Assembly: GCA_030390025.1 (NCBI GenBank) | Contig: CM059445.1 | Location: forward strand, 16,740,001 to 16,804,000 | Source: Squalus acanthias | Lineage: Eukaryota | Length of the DNA stretch: 64,000 nucleotides | Direction of reading: 5' to 3' | Shown: positions 37,301-46,621 of the stretch, one piece after another | How the letters are laid out: every line of letters starts with the position of its first letter | Position numbering within the stretch: the first letter of the stretch is position 1 | Notes under the pieces: generated by a model | Told to the model about the DNA's origin: nothing | Database searches by the model: none | Seen by the model: the letters and a program-made list of their open reading frames with translations, nothing else | Made by a program: the position numbers and the translations under genes

Positions 37301-39435
37301 GTGTAGAAGTGTTTCCTAATTTCACTCCTGAAAGGTCTGGCTCTAATTTTTAATGATGCCTGAGGAAGGAGCAATCGATAGCTCCGAAAGCTTGTGATTT
37401 CAAATAAAACTGTTGGACTATAACTTGGTGTTGTGCGACCTCTCTAATTTTTAAGACTATGCCCCCCTAGTCCTAGAATCCCCAACCAGCGGAAATAGTT
37501 ACTCTCTATCTACCCTATCTGTTCCCCTAAATATTGTGAAGACTTAGATCAGATCACCCCTTAACCTTCTAAATTCCAGGGAATACAACCCTAATTTGTG
37601 TAATCTCTCCTTGAACTTAACCCTTGAAGTCCAGTGTTTTGACCAATATTTATCCCTCAACCAGCATCACTAAAACAGTTTATTTGGCCATTATCACATT
37701 GCTGTTTGTGGGAGCTTGCTGTGCGTAAATTGGCTGCCGCGTTTCCTACATTACAACAGTGACTCCACTTCAAAACTATTTCATTGGCTGTAAAGCGCTT
37801 TGGGACGTCCTGAGGTCGTGAAAGGCGCTGTAGAAATGCAAGTCTATATCTTTTTTATCGTGGAACCTCATTTATGGAAGAGCGGATAATGAAAATTGGT
37901 GCAACAGTATCCTAGGCATGGGAATGAAGATAATGCAAATAACAAATTGCATTGAATTTTCCTTGTGCTGTGAGGTTACTTTATATCGGACACTATGAGA
38001 TGGGTATGAGTGAGTTGTGCAATTAGGCAACAGCTCACACAAGATGTATCCTTGTAAAAATTCTGGCAGATATTGAAGGCAATAAATGGAGCCGTGATAA
38101 TTCGAGGTTGGATAAAGGAGGCTCCACTTCAGTGTTCAAGTAATGGATAATGGGGAATGTCTCCACATGAGTTCGAGCAAGAAGATTGCCTTTCATATAT
38201 TATCACAGGGTTTCCGTTGATCAAGAAGTTGTGGGAGTTTAGAGGATCATGGGATCTGAAGAGTTCTAGCTAACTCCATTTTGGTCACGGGAAACACACA
38301 ATTCAGCTCCTTGCTTGTTCTCCTCGTACAAAGCAAACTGTTTCTATAAAGATGGGCCAGTGCCAGTGGAGATACCCAAGGACTAGGCTGAATAGAAAGG
38401 GAGCTTTTATGCCCTAATCTTTAATCAACTTGCCCATTTGGAGACCTTGGCGTTCCCTGGAAAGTCTTCAGCCTTATGACCACAACATGTCAAAAACGGG
38501 CGTAATTTTATAACTGGATTCATCGCCCCTGATGGTTGGATCCTATTGGCTGAACCAGGTGTAATCAGAATGGAAGGTAGACTAGTGGTACTAAAGAATA
38601 TTAAAGGCAAGAGCAATCGGGAAAGAAGAGAGAAAGTCTCAGGAGAATTGAAGGGATTATTTGAAACTTGAGTCAATTCTTCACACTTAACCTGTGGGGG
38701 TTAACTGGTCATGAGTACAGTGACAACTGACTTAACTGAAGCATTGATACGGGGTAGGACATTCAGGACTGAGATGAGAAGAAATTTCTTCACTCAGAGG
38801 GTGGTGAACCTGTGGAATTCTCTACCCCAGAGGCTGTGGAGGCCAAGTCACTGAATATATTTAAGAAGGAGATAGATAGATTTCTAGACACAAAAGGCAT
38901 CAAGGGGTATGAGGAGAGAGCGGGAATATGGTATTGAGATAGAGGATCAGCCATGATCTCATTGAATGGCGGAGCAGGCTCGAAGGGCCGAATGGCCGAC
39001 TCCTGCTCCTATTTTTCTATGTTTCTATGTTTCAAAAGAAAGTAGTTTGTTGATGCAGAAGAGATTAGCGGGGAGAAAGGAGATAAATAAAATATGAGTC
39101 TAGGTCCTGATTGGCCCCTTCTCCATCTCGCACTCCTGTGTCCAAAGGAGGACTATGCAGGTCCACTCAATCTCAGCAAGGAAATGTGGGTGTTGCTTTG
39201 CCAGAGCGAGGGAGAAAAGAGCATGAGAAACTGGCTGGATCAGTGGATATTTTGCTTTATCTGAATTCTCTTTCCCTTCCACTTCCAGCTAAGGAAAGGT
39301 TCCGAGAGGACTGTGCTGGAGATTGACTCACCGCGAGTTGTCGACCTACCCATCAAAGACGTAGCCGTGACGGATTTCGGCGAGCATCAGCAGAAGTTTG
39401 GGTTTGAGGTTGGCCCTGTCTGTTTCAGCAGCTAA
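1257..39435 (+). CDS. COL5A3: 3' part of a clade B fibrillar procollagen gene (collagen V alpha-3-like), 19 coding exons; 5' part lies upstream of the window
   Basis: The spliced exons give an uninterrupted Gly-X-Y run, then [19 protein letters not shown] and a full COLFI domain ending EVGPVCFSS*. All introns are [37 protein letters not shown] and the terminal CFSS resemble COL5A3 more than COL5A1/COL11A1/COL11A2 (recalled sequences). Collagen V/XI call is near certain; the paralog is less so. Confidence 0.75.
1843..2555. mobile_element. non-autonomous PIF/Harbinger-like DNA element; related fragment at about 9055-9550
   Basis: TIRs GGGCTAGAATTTCGGT / GGGGGAGAAGTTCGGT; TSD TAA (1840-1842, 2556-2558); rich in TAGCGC/GCGCTA. 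Confidence 0.7.
2634..2687 (+). CDS. COL5A3: collagen helix exon, 54 bp: [18 protein letters not shown]
   Basis: tgacag|GGC...ACT|gtgagt. Confidence 0.95.
3683..3790 (+). CDS. COL5A3: collagen helix exon, 108 bp: [36 protein letters not shown]
   Basis: tctcag|GGT...GTG|gtaagt. Confidence 0.95.
4368..4421 (+). CDS. COL5A3: collagen helix exon, 54 bp: [18 protein letters not shown]
   Basis: ccgcag|GGT...CCT|gtaagt. Confidence 0.95.
4910..5580 (-). mobile_element. CR1 3' fragment, representative. Further CR1 tails at about 1-290, 3325-3460, 5837-6185, 6597-6865, 14507-15345, 15500-15715, 22675-23020, 25662-25960, 27340-27718, 28110-28408, 33095-33475, 36020-36385, 37078-37635, 38750-39035, 41130-41410, 45785-46400, 47170-47680, 51985-52695, 61450-61805, 62965-63465
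   Basis: [20 protein letters not shown]...RTRG; shared 3' motif GGGCCGAATGGCCT. Confidence 0.88.
6921..6974 (+). CDS. COL5A3: collagen helix exon, 54 bp: [18 protein letters not shown]
   Basis: tcttag|GGT...CCG|gtaggt. Confidence 0.95.
7271..7309 (-). ncRNA. minimal hammerhead ribozyme (mirror copy in the left arm)
   Basis: reverse complement of 8750-8788. Confidence 0.8.
8750..8788 (+). ncRNA. minimal type I hammerhead ribozyme (PLE family A)
   Basis: TTAC-CTGACGA-A-GGAGC(GAACT)GCTTC-GAAA-GCTT-GTAA; helix I TTAC/GTAA; palindromic AAGCTT in place of helix III. Confidence 0.8.
9969..10022 (+). CDS. COL5A3: collagen helix exon, 54 bp: [18 protein letters not shown]
   Basis: ttgcag|GGT...AGA|gtaagt. 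Confidence 0.95.
11975..12028 (+). CDS. COL5A3: collagen helix exon, 54 bp: [18 protein letters not shown]
   Basis: tttcag|GGG...AAG|gtatgg. Confidence 0.95.
12528..13402. repeat. G-rich minisatellite, 44 bp unit, about 20 copies
   Basis: Unit TGGAATTCTGTCCAGGGGGATATATGGGAAGGGGTTTGGCACAC; no unique spacers. Confidence 0.95.
14226..14333 (+). CDS. COL5A3: collagen helix exon, 108 bp: [36 protein letters not shown]
   Basis: atgtag|GGT...GCA|gtaagt. Confidence 0.95.
14448..14501 (+). CDS. COL5A3: collagen helix exon, 54 bp: [18 protein letters not shown]
   Basis: aaacag|GGA...ATG|gtaaga. Confidence 0.95.
16041..16517 (+). mobile_element. PLE 3' fragment inserted into a CR1 tail
   Basis: Starts with [19 protein letters not shown] (same C-terminus as the 8 kb element). 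Ends with the hammerhead plus AAACTGTTGGACTATAACCTGGTGTTGTGCGACTTCTCA. CACTG is repeated at both junctions. Confidence 0.8.
16433..16469 (+). ncRNA. minimal hammerhead ribozyme (family A)
   Basis: TCAC-CTGACGA-A-GGAGC(AGT)GCTCC-GAAA-GCTT-GTGA. Confidence 0.8.
17169..17222 (+). CDS. COL5A3: collagen helix exon, 54 bp: [18 protein letters not shown]
   Basis: gtttag|GGC...AAG|gtaggc. Confidence 0.95.
17424..17890 (+). mobile_element. second tRNA-headed SINE with a LINE-derived tail; other copies at about 23725-24092(-) and 58228-58590(+)
   Basis: TAGCATAGTGG and GTTCAAATCCC boxes; the 3' ~140 bp matches the 3' end of the LINE at 20552-21130. Confidence 0.75.
18061..18115 (+). ncRNA. hammerhead-bearing short repeat (family B), degenerate
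   Basis: GAGTT-CTGATGA-GAGGTCATCCACCT-GAAA-AGTT-AACTC followed by TGTTTCTCTCTCCACA. Confidence 0.65.
18869..18976 (+). CDS. COL5A3: collagen helix exon, 108 bp: [36 protein letters not shown]
   Basis: ttctag|GGG...ATT|gtgagt; [11 protein letters not shown] is a clade B signature; with the previous exon it forms the K-G-H helical cross-link motif. Confidence 0.95.
19904..19957 (+). CDS. COL5A3: collagen helix exon, 54 bp: [18 protein letters not shown]
   Basis: ttttag|GGT...CCA|gtaagt. Confidence 0.95.
20553..21132 (+). mobile_element. LINE 3' fragment (CR1/L2 group); related pieces at 13780-14090(-) and 55395-55645(-)
   Basis: [20 protein letters not shown]...SWNSLP, then a 3' tail with poly-A. 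Confidence 0.8.
21696..21969. repeat. perfect minisatellite, 24 bp unit, 11 copies plus a partial
   Basis: Unit CAGACATGGCCGCCCTGCCTGCAA. Confidence 0.95.
22254..22289 (+). CDS. COL5A3: collagen helix exon, 36 bp: [12 protein letters not shown]
   Basis: ttttag|GGT...GAT|gtaagt; a 36 bp exon at this position is typical of collagen V/XI genes. Confidence 0.95.
22395..22448 (+). CDS. COL5A3: collagen helix exon, 54 bp: [18 protein letters not shown]
   Basis: ttgcag|GGA...CCT|gtaagc. Confidence 0.95.
23254..23400. mobile_element. family B hammerhead element with an inverted 5' segment
   Basis: 23254-23288 on the minus strand reads GTT-CTGATGA-AAGGTCATCGGCCT-GAAA-TGTT-AAC; it abuts a + strand copy ATCGACCTGAAACGTTAACTCTGTTTCTC...CAGCATCCGCAG. 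Confidence 0.75.
24219..24702 (-). mobile_element. probable solo LTR, 484 bp
   Basis: TGTGAG...CTCACA termini; flanks GCCAC/CCCAC (4 of 5 match); AATAAA on the minus strand near 24282. Confidence 0.5.
24991..25240 (+). CDS. COL5A3: junction exon: end of helix, C-telopeptide, basic convertase-type site (RKKTRR), start of C-propeptide ([20 protein letters not shown]...[16 protein letters not shown])
   Basis: gaccag|GGC...GATG|gtaagt, 250 bp, phase-1 end. Confidence 0.95.
26191..27017. mobile_element. non-autonomous PIF/Harbinger-like DNA element; related copies at about 290-985 and 57620-57890
   Basis: TIRs GGGCTGGATTTT / GGACTGGATTTT; TSD TTG. Confidence 0.7.
28410..29140 (-). mobile_element. 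full-length Deu-domain tRNA SINE (SacSINE1-like) with an internal 33 bp unit expanded about 9 times (28733-29028)
   Basis: tRNA-like head at about 29070-29140, Deu core, AAATGCAAGTC tail; unit CTCCGACAGTGCGGCGCTCCCTCAGCACTGCCC. Confidence 0.85.
29904..30647. mobile_element. non-autonomous PIF/Harbinger-like DNA element (GC-rich ends, AT-rich core); similar architecture at about 50638-51365
   Basis: TIRs GGGCCGAAAATTGATC / GGCCCAGAAATTGATC; TSD AAT. Confidence 0.7.
31134..32448. mobile_element. PLE: ~1.2 kb minus-strand ORF fragment (N-terminal region and start of the RT) joined to a plus-strand hammerhead-bearing 3' end
   Basis: [11 protein letters not shown] and [16 protein letters not shown]...[13 protein letters not shown] are PLE RT motifs. 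ORFs 31572-32249 and 31068-31433 share a frame, separated by one TAA. The + strand 32341-32448 matches the PLE 3' end. Confidence 0.9.
32357..32398 (+). ncRNA. minimal hammerhead ribozyme (family A)
   Basis: TCAC-CTGAGGA-A-GGGGC(AATCGATA)GCTCC-GAAA-GCTT-GTGA. Confidence 0.75.
32636..32748 (+). CDS. COL5A3: C-propeptide exon, 113 bp: (G)[37 protein letters not shown]
   Basis: ctctag|GTGAT...GGA|gtaagt; YWIDPNQGC motif. Confidence 0.97.
33890..35310 (+). mobile_element. CR1 LINE RT-to-3' fragment with a nested inverted CR1 tail (about 34635-34790)
   Basis: [33 protein letters not shown]; [14 protein letters not shown]. Confidence 0.9.
35349..35417 (+). CDS. COL5A3: C-propeptide exon, 69 bp: [23 protein letters not shown]
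   Basis: ttccag|GTT...CAG|gtaagc. Confidence 0.95.
36575..36808 (+). CDS. COL5A3: C-propeptide exon, 234 bp: [36 protein letters not shown]...YDGCK
   Basis: ccgcag|CTT...AAA|gtaaag; [10 protein letters not shown] motif. Confidence 0.96.
37354..37441 (+). mobile_element. 88 bp PLE mini-insertion, essentially a hammerhead plus tail
   Basis: CTGAGGA 37360-37366, GAAAGCTT 37386-37393; TSD CTCTAATTTTTAA at 37341-37353 and 37442-37454. Confidence 0.85.
39289..39435 (+). CDS. COL5A3: last coding exon: [48 protein letters not shown]
   Basis: ttccag|CTA...AGC TAA; [15 protein letters not shown] motif. Confidence 0.97.
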   Translation, partial: LRKGSERTVLEIDSPRVVDLPIKDVAVTDFGEHQQKFGFEVGPVCFSS

Positions 39436-42400
39436 ACCTCAGAAAAACAGAACTCCGTGTCCAACTATTCTCTCTTTTTTAATGCAAAATGCACATTTTT
39501 TTTTTGTCTTTCATTTTGTCTCTATTAATCATGCTGCAGATGGTTTTTTTTTTATTGTGTATGAATAACAATAAATAATTGCTGCCCTTGTAGGGCCGAA
39601 GTCGTATGACCTTTTGAAGAGGCCAAGTCACTGGTGGTTGTGTCTGGGCCTTTCCAAATTCCCCATGATTGTTCTACTGTAGCCAGAGAGTCTTCTCCCA
39701 GCATCTCTTCGTATCTGTAGAGGGCTTGTACACCAAACAGTCTCCCTTCACAAAGTGTCCTTCCTCCCGTCGGAGCCAGCATTTGACCTGGTGCTATATG
39801 TAATCTCTTAACACGTGGACATTTTTCATTTGAAGTGTTAAGCCAGGAGTTGACGTTTGGATTTAGAGCCAGTCCCTTGACACTGATGGGCTCACACAGC
39901 TGCCTTGGTATTGAAAGCAAAATATAAAACTATATAGGTATATATTTTGTACAGGCTCCACCCCAGAGTTTACAGTTGCTCGTATCTTGTGAGGCATCGA
40001 GGAACGCTTATTTAAAGCCTTGGTAGACTGGCCCGCTGTCGGCCACTTGACAAAACAAAACCTGAAACTACTTTTTGACCACAATAAAACTGACTACCCC
40101 CTCCCCTCAACTATTCAGGGTCTACAGTACAATATTTAGCCCCATTCCCACACATAGCAGTGTATTGGAACTGCCTGCCAGGGAGCACGGGACTCAGGCC
40201 TGATGCGCGACGTCCCTGGACATTGTTGGCACTTCAGATGCTGTTGGGCCTGTTGTTTTGTTTGCAGTGGGCATCCCTTTTCAAAGAACGACACAGAGTC
40301 TACAGCACAGAAACTGGCCATTCGACCCAACTGGTCCAAGCCGGCCTTTATGCTCCACACGAGCCTCCTCCAAACCCCCCCCCCCCATCATACAAACCTA
40401 GTCTTTCTTTTTATTAAAGTTCTGTTGTACCGTCGCACTTTCCTTCAAGTAAATGTGAGGCGGTAGAGGGTAATTGTGCTGGCGATGAGGTGGGGTGGAA
40501 TATTCAGTTCCAATCTGGCCCGAGTCAATCCAGAGCTTACCGCATTTGAACTTTTCCCACATTTTTTTCCATTCTGGTATATTTTTGGACTTTTGGGAGC
40601 CCCCTGTGGTTATTCTAGCCAATCCCAGCTACAGGTCTTGCCAACAACACCACCTCGCTTCACTGAGGAAGCTGTTCCGTTTCAGAATTGGACAGCCACA
40701 ATTTGGAGTTCAGGATCTGAAGTTTGGATTTAGATACCCTCCAGTACTTCTGGACCCACCAAATATCCCATAAAATGGGAGCATTCCCTGCAACATTCCA
40801 TTTTCTTCAGACTGCGCTGCAAATTGAGAGGCACCACACTTTGTGTCTTGCGATATTCAGCTGACTGTGTTTAGCAGAATTGAACCGCAGGGTCAGTGTA
40901 CAGTTGGCCACCTTTCAGTGACCAAAGGTCAATACCGAACAACGAAGAGAGAGTCATTCTTTGTAAGATTCCAGATCGTCCAACTCGCCCTCTTAAATTT
41001 TTTTTTCTTTAGGTCAATTGTTGAAGAGTTTGTGATGATCCAAAACATCTCTGAATCCCAACAAGTTTGGCTACACTTTCTGCCTTCAGCACCTGTCTCA
41101 GATTTCCCCCTCATGCATTGTCCCTCAGATTAAGGTATTTGAGGAAAGAACCAGAGGCGAGATGAGGACAGTTTTTTTTAATTGCAGCGACGTATTATGA
41201 TCTGGAACGCGCTGCCTGAAAGGGCGGTGGAAGCAGATGCAACAGTAACTTTCAAAAGAAAATTGGATAAATACTTGAGGGGGAGAAAATGTTCAGGGCT
41301 GTGGGGAAAGAGGGTGGGGGGGGGGGGGAAGTGGGACTAATTGGAGAGCTCTTTCAAAGAGCCGGCACAGGCACGATGGGCCGAATGGCCTCCTTCTGAG
41401 CTGTTTCATTCAATGAGGTTGGAAGGAGAGGACAAATGGCGCACACCCCCAGGGCAAAGAGTGCTCCCTCTCCTGTACAGAGCGCCCGTGTAACACGGGT
41501 ACGACAGACAACCAGTGCCAGCTTTCACTCACCTCATACAGTAAAAGTCAGGAGCCTCCCAGGTCAAAGCAATTGGCAAAAGGCTGAATAGTGACCATCC
41601 GATATTTGAAATTAGTAAATTTAAATAAACAAGCAAATGAAACTCTTTTTTTTGTATATTGGTTGTTCATTGTTTGTGGATTGCCTCAGATTTGGACAAT
41701 CATAGCCCAGTTCCTCTTTGAAACAACCCAACAGCGCGCACTTGCCCCGTATTGGCAGAAGATTGACCATTTCACTCAGATAGCCGCTGGCACCAAGGGA
41801 CCGATATCAAATGACTTTTGGGCGATCGCTACCCAGTTGCTAGTGGCCGTAAGTGTAAATGGCGCGCACAAAACCGGCCTTTATTCAGTACGAATTGGCA
41901 CCCTTGAGAGAGATCAGAGGGTGGTTGATGTGGGAAGCGGAAAAATGATCTCGGAGGTTGGAGCTGTGACCTGTCGGACGGGAAGAGTTTGTTTAGACGG
42001 GCGAGTTCATACGATTTTGCCCAGTGAGCGGGTGGCAATTTTCCTCCAATGTTGGGGGGGGGGGGGCGGGTGGCAGAGTAGAGGGAACGTTATTCTGCCT
42101 CTTAACACTACAGTACCTGACCTGGCAGGGTTAGACGCTGAGATTGGGTGCCTGAAATAGGAAGCGTTCCATCCTTCAGCACCAACACCTTAAATGAGAG
42201 CAACAACAGCAAAAAAATCGTCAATGTGTAGCCGATAAATAGACCGGAGCAAATGACAATGTTGGTGTTCAAACCGTTGACGGCCTTCTTAAAGGGGCAC
42301 ATGTTACCTTTCCAATAGGTGTAGCTCCTTGTCTCTCCATCAGAGGAATCAGACTTTTACAAATCTAATATATATCGAGGTAAAAAATGGGGTAAATCAA

Positions 42401-45365
42401 TTTTTACAAAATTGCGACGGACCATTTTAGTTTTTTTTGTGGGGAGGGGGGGGAAAGCAGGTCGGCACGAACCAACTATCTTGATCTTTTCTCCAATTCC
42501 TCTTAGTCTTACTGTGACGGATATGACTTCTTCTCAAACCAAACTTGGAGCAGTTTCAAATGGTGCTAATCTCAAATATACCAAAACTGTATTAAACTGT
42601 GTTGCTTGACTTTTTTTTTTGTGTTGCAATAATAATTTATGGAGTTGTGTTATTTTGTAGTTGCTTCTTGATTTGAGAGTTGGCATAATTTATTTTGGTT
42701 TAAGATGCCTTTGTGTACATAAATATTTTTTTTTAAATAGGGGGGGTGGGGGGGGAAATGGATTAGATCTATCAAGCCGTAGGCAGGAGCTAGAAATTCG
42801 CATTAACGTTAAGGGTCAGTAGCCTCAGGCTACCAAAATATTGGGCACTTGGAAGCCATTTTTTTAGTAGGTCTTGTTGACGACTTTTTCTCGATTGCCC
42901 CCCAAACCTGGTTAAGTTCACTGCTTCGTGTGGTACTGAGGTACAAGGCTAGGCCGATCCCGAGATTGATTGCTCATCTGTGCTCAACTGAGGTGCCAAT
43001 AGAAGTCCTCCCGTTGGTCTCGGCAACCCCCCCCCCCGGGCTAGGGAGAGGAAAATCAGCTCGGGTGCCCTCAACCCGATCGTTATCCAGTGACTTCCGC
43101 TGGCACGAGTCGGCCTGTGCGGGCATTGGATGAGTAGGACAGGATCGGGGCTCACCAACAAGAGCGTGGCGCACTTGGTTGAGGGCTTCTGCCATCTTGT
43201 GGAGCCATGTGCCAGCAAGAGTTTGCCATCTTGGAGGGGACAATAAGAAATGCCATGAGCAACACCACAGCGTCTGGTTGTAACTCTCGGTTTTTCAGAA
43301 AGCAGGGAATTAAAAATGATGTCGAATGTCTGGTCGGTAACCATTGGAGTTCTCCATCACGCCGATGAACCTCGGGTCCCCACTCGGTTAAATAGGGTGA
43401 AACCGATGTCACGTTTTCACCATGGTTGGCCTGGGAAGGAGTGGGGTGGTGGAGGGCGGTGGGGGAGAAGGGGAACTCACAATTACATAAGTTTTGTCAC
43501 CTCCAGACTCGACTATTCCAGTGCTCTCCTGGCCGACCTCCCACCCCCCTAAACTTCAGCTCATCCAAAACATTGCCCCCCGTATCGTAGCCCATCCCAC
43601 CCCTGTCCTTGCTGACCGACACTGGCTCCCGCTTTCCCCCATGGCCTCAAAATGTCAAATTCCATCTCTTGTGCTTAAATCCCTTCATGACCTCGCCCCC
43701 TCCTTATCTCCGTAATCTCCTCCAGCCCTACAACCGCTTCCAAACTTCCGTTCCGCTGACTCTGGCCTCTCGTGCATCCCCCCCTCTCCCTTTACCCCGC
43801 CTTTGGCGGCCATGCCTTCAGCCGCCTGGGCCCTAAGCTCTGGAATTCCCTCCGCCTCTCTCATCCTTTACGACTCTCCGTAAAACCCACCTCCTTTGAA
43901 CAAGCCCCCCTCCAAATATCTCCCCGCTTTGGCTTGGCGTTTATATTTTCCGTACGCCTCTATGAAGTGCCGCGGGGCCTCTCTTTTCCCTGTTAAAAGT
44001 TGCCGCGTGAATGCAAGTTGCCGTTGCGTAGGCTTGAGTTTTTAAATTGTGGGGCTACTGATCTTTAGGGTTCAAGAGCCTAGATGAAATGGAATTTCTA
44101 CCTCTGTCTAAATGCTACTGTATATGTACTGCCACTATATGCTAAACCACTGTGTCACCTGCTGCACTCTGAGAGACACGTACTGTATTGTGCCTAGTCC
44201 ACATGCTTTGGGTATTATATAGGGGAGGGAAAGCCTAAGCAGGAATGCCTCTGGATATTTCTCATACTGTCTAATTTATAGTTATCTCACTTATAGGGCG
44301 TCTCCATATTTTTTTTCTGTAATAATAAGCCTAAGAGTATTCATATATTGTTTCTGCTGAGCTAGGTCATAAGCATCCAGCTAGACTCTCGTCTTGCAAC
44401 CTTTTCAAGGGCCGAGCGAAAACTAACAAAAACAGGTTGATTTGCTGTACATGCACTGGAGCTAGGAATGCACAGGCGTTGTGGGGGGAGGGGGTCTGAT
44501 TTAAAGGGTCTACGTTCGTCTGTAATTTGAGGTGTGCAACTAAAATTAAGGGGGGATAAACGGATGTCAGCTGGAGATGAAAGTGCTGAACGGCTATTCA
44601 ATACTGTCATTTTTTTTTCCCCTGATGTATTGGAGGTTCAGTACTAAGCCATTCGGGTCACAGGGCCTGTGCCGTGTTGACCAAACGTTCCCCAATTGGC
44701 CTCAGCACCCGTGGGCTAAGGGGGGGGGGTGGGGGGGGGGCGCGGGGGGCAAAAAACCATCAGCGGGCTCCCGCTCCCGATAGCTAGCCGGCAACTCTTG
44801 TTGGACTTTGCGCGTGAGCAGACTTTGGGTTAAGGACAAGTTCAACCTTGGCGACGGCGCCCTTCACAGTTCAATAGCCCGCCGCCACTCTTCAGCTCAG
44901 ATGGGAGGCACTGGAGGGTGCCACCGCCCCCTGTGGAACCATAACCCCCCACACCACCCCCCCCCCACCCCTCCCCACCCCTTCGAGCGTTGGCAGCTTC
45001 ATGAGAGAACGAGAAAATAAGAAAGGAAGGAAAAAGATTGACTGATGTAAAATTTGTGGCGACATTTTTTAAAGAATTTATGTTAATATTACGAATTCCC
45101 AGTGATGCCACCCATCGCTACCCTGACCCCGACCTTCAGCTCTTCCTTGCAATGACCTGGTGCTAAATTCATGTGGTGCTTTTATGGGTTGGCCCCTCTG
45201 TATTATGACATGTGATATAGGTTTTGTACATTGAATCGTCAAGCACTGAACAAATACAGGTTGTTTTGTTATAAGGTCTGTAGCATATTAATGCAGTAAA
45301 AATTGATATTCAGGAAAAAATATGTAAATTTAGTTAAAAAAATTAAAAAAAAATGCAACTAACTT
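39436..45365 (+). promoter_or_regulatory. probable long 3'UTR with proximal AATAAA (39570-39575, 40083-40088) and distal ATTAAA (45342-45347)
   Basis: Relatively repeat-poor with AT-rich tracts. miR-29 8mer sites TGGTGCTA at 39789, 42561 and 45158, 7mer at 45174. A T-rich tract follows the distal signal. The end point is inferred. Confidence 0.55.
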
Positions 45366-45635
45366 TGTCTCCGAATTCTGCTTTTTTTTTATCCCCCCCT
45401 TCCTTATCTGAAGATATTACAAAGTTACAAATATTTACAGCACCGAAACAGGCCATTCGCCCAAGCGTTTGGGTCATCGGTCCTAATACCTCCTCATGGG
45501 GCTCGGTGTTAAATTTTTATCTGATTACGCTCCTGTGAAGCACCTCGGGATGCCTTACTATGTCAAAGGGGGCTATGTAAATGCACATTGTTGTTGTTGT
45601 TGTGGGCTGAAGGTGGCCAACACCAGTCCTTCTGA

Positions 45636-46621
45636 TACAATCGCAAAATACTGCGGATGCTGGAAATCAGAAATAACAACAGAAAATGCTGGAAACACTT
45701 GGCAGGTCAGGCAGCATCTGTGGCGAGAGAGAGAGAAACAGAGTTAACGTTTCAGGTCTGTGACCCTTCGTCAGAAGTGGAAAACATACAGATTAGGAGC
45801 AGGAGTAGGCCACTCGGCCCCTCGAGCCTACTCCGCCATTCAATAAGATCATGGTTGATCCGATTACTCTACATTCCCGCCTACCCCCGATAACCTTTCA
45901 CCCCCCCTTGCTCACCAAGAATCTATCTACCTCTGCCTTAAAAATATTCAAAGAATCTGCTTCCACCGTATTCTGAGGAAGAGAATTCCAAAGACTCACG
46001 ATCCTCTGAGAAAAGATTTCTCCTCATCTCTGTCTTAAATGGGCGACCCCTTATTTTTAAACAGTGACCCTTAGTTCTAGATTCTCCCACAAGAGGAAAC
46101 ATCCTCTCCACATCCACCCTGTCCAGACCCCTCAGGATCTTATATGTTTCAATCAAGTTACCTCTTACTCTTCTAAACTCCAGCGGATACAAGCCTAGCC
46201 TGTCCAACCTTTCCTCATAAGACAACCCGCCCATTCCAGGTATTAGTCTAGTAAACCTTCTCTGAACTGTTTCCAATGCATTTACATCCTTCCTTAAATA
46301 AGGAGACCAATACTGTACACAGTACTCCAGATGTGGTCTCACCAATGCCCTGTATAACTGAAGCATAACCTCCCTACTTTTGTATTCAATTGCCCTCGCA
46401 CTAAAAGGTTGGAGAAGTAACAGATTTTTAAGCAAGTGTGGGGCAAGGAAAGGGAGGAGGGGAGGAAAGGGCAAAGGGAAGGTCTGTGATAGGCTGGAAG
46501 GCAGGTCTTTAATCTCTCCTGCCTTCCATCCACAGCTTCTTCGACCTGAAACGTTGACTCTGTTTCTCTCTCCACGATGCTGCCTGACCTGCTGAGTGTT
46601 TCCAGCATTTTCTGTCGTCAT
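45636..46621. mobile_element. inverted pair of family B hammerhead elements, interrupted by a CR1 (about 45785-46400)
   Basis: Minus copy 45641-45780 (HHR 45741-45778); plus copy about 46541-46615 lacks the CTGA core; TSD ACCAGTCCTTCTGA at 45622-45635 and 46622-46635. Confidence 0.8.

Noticed and set aside
41591-42160. 189 aa ORF downstream of the stop codon
   Set aside because: No recognisable domain, a non-ATG start and a position within the probable 3'UTR.
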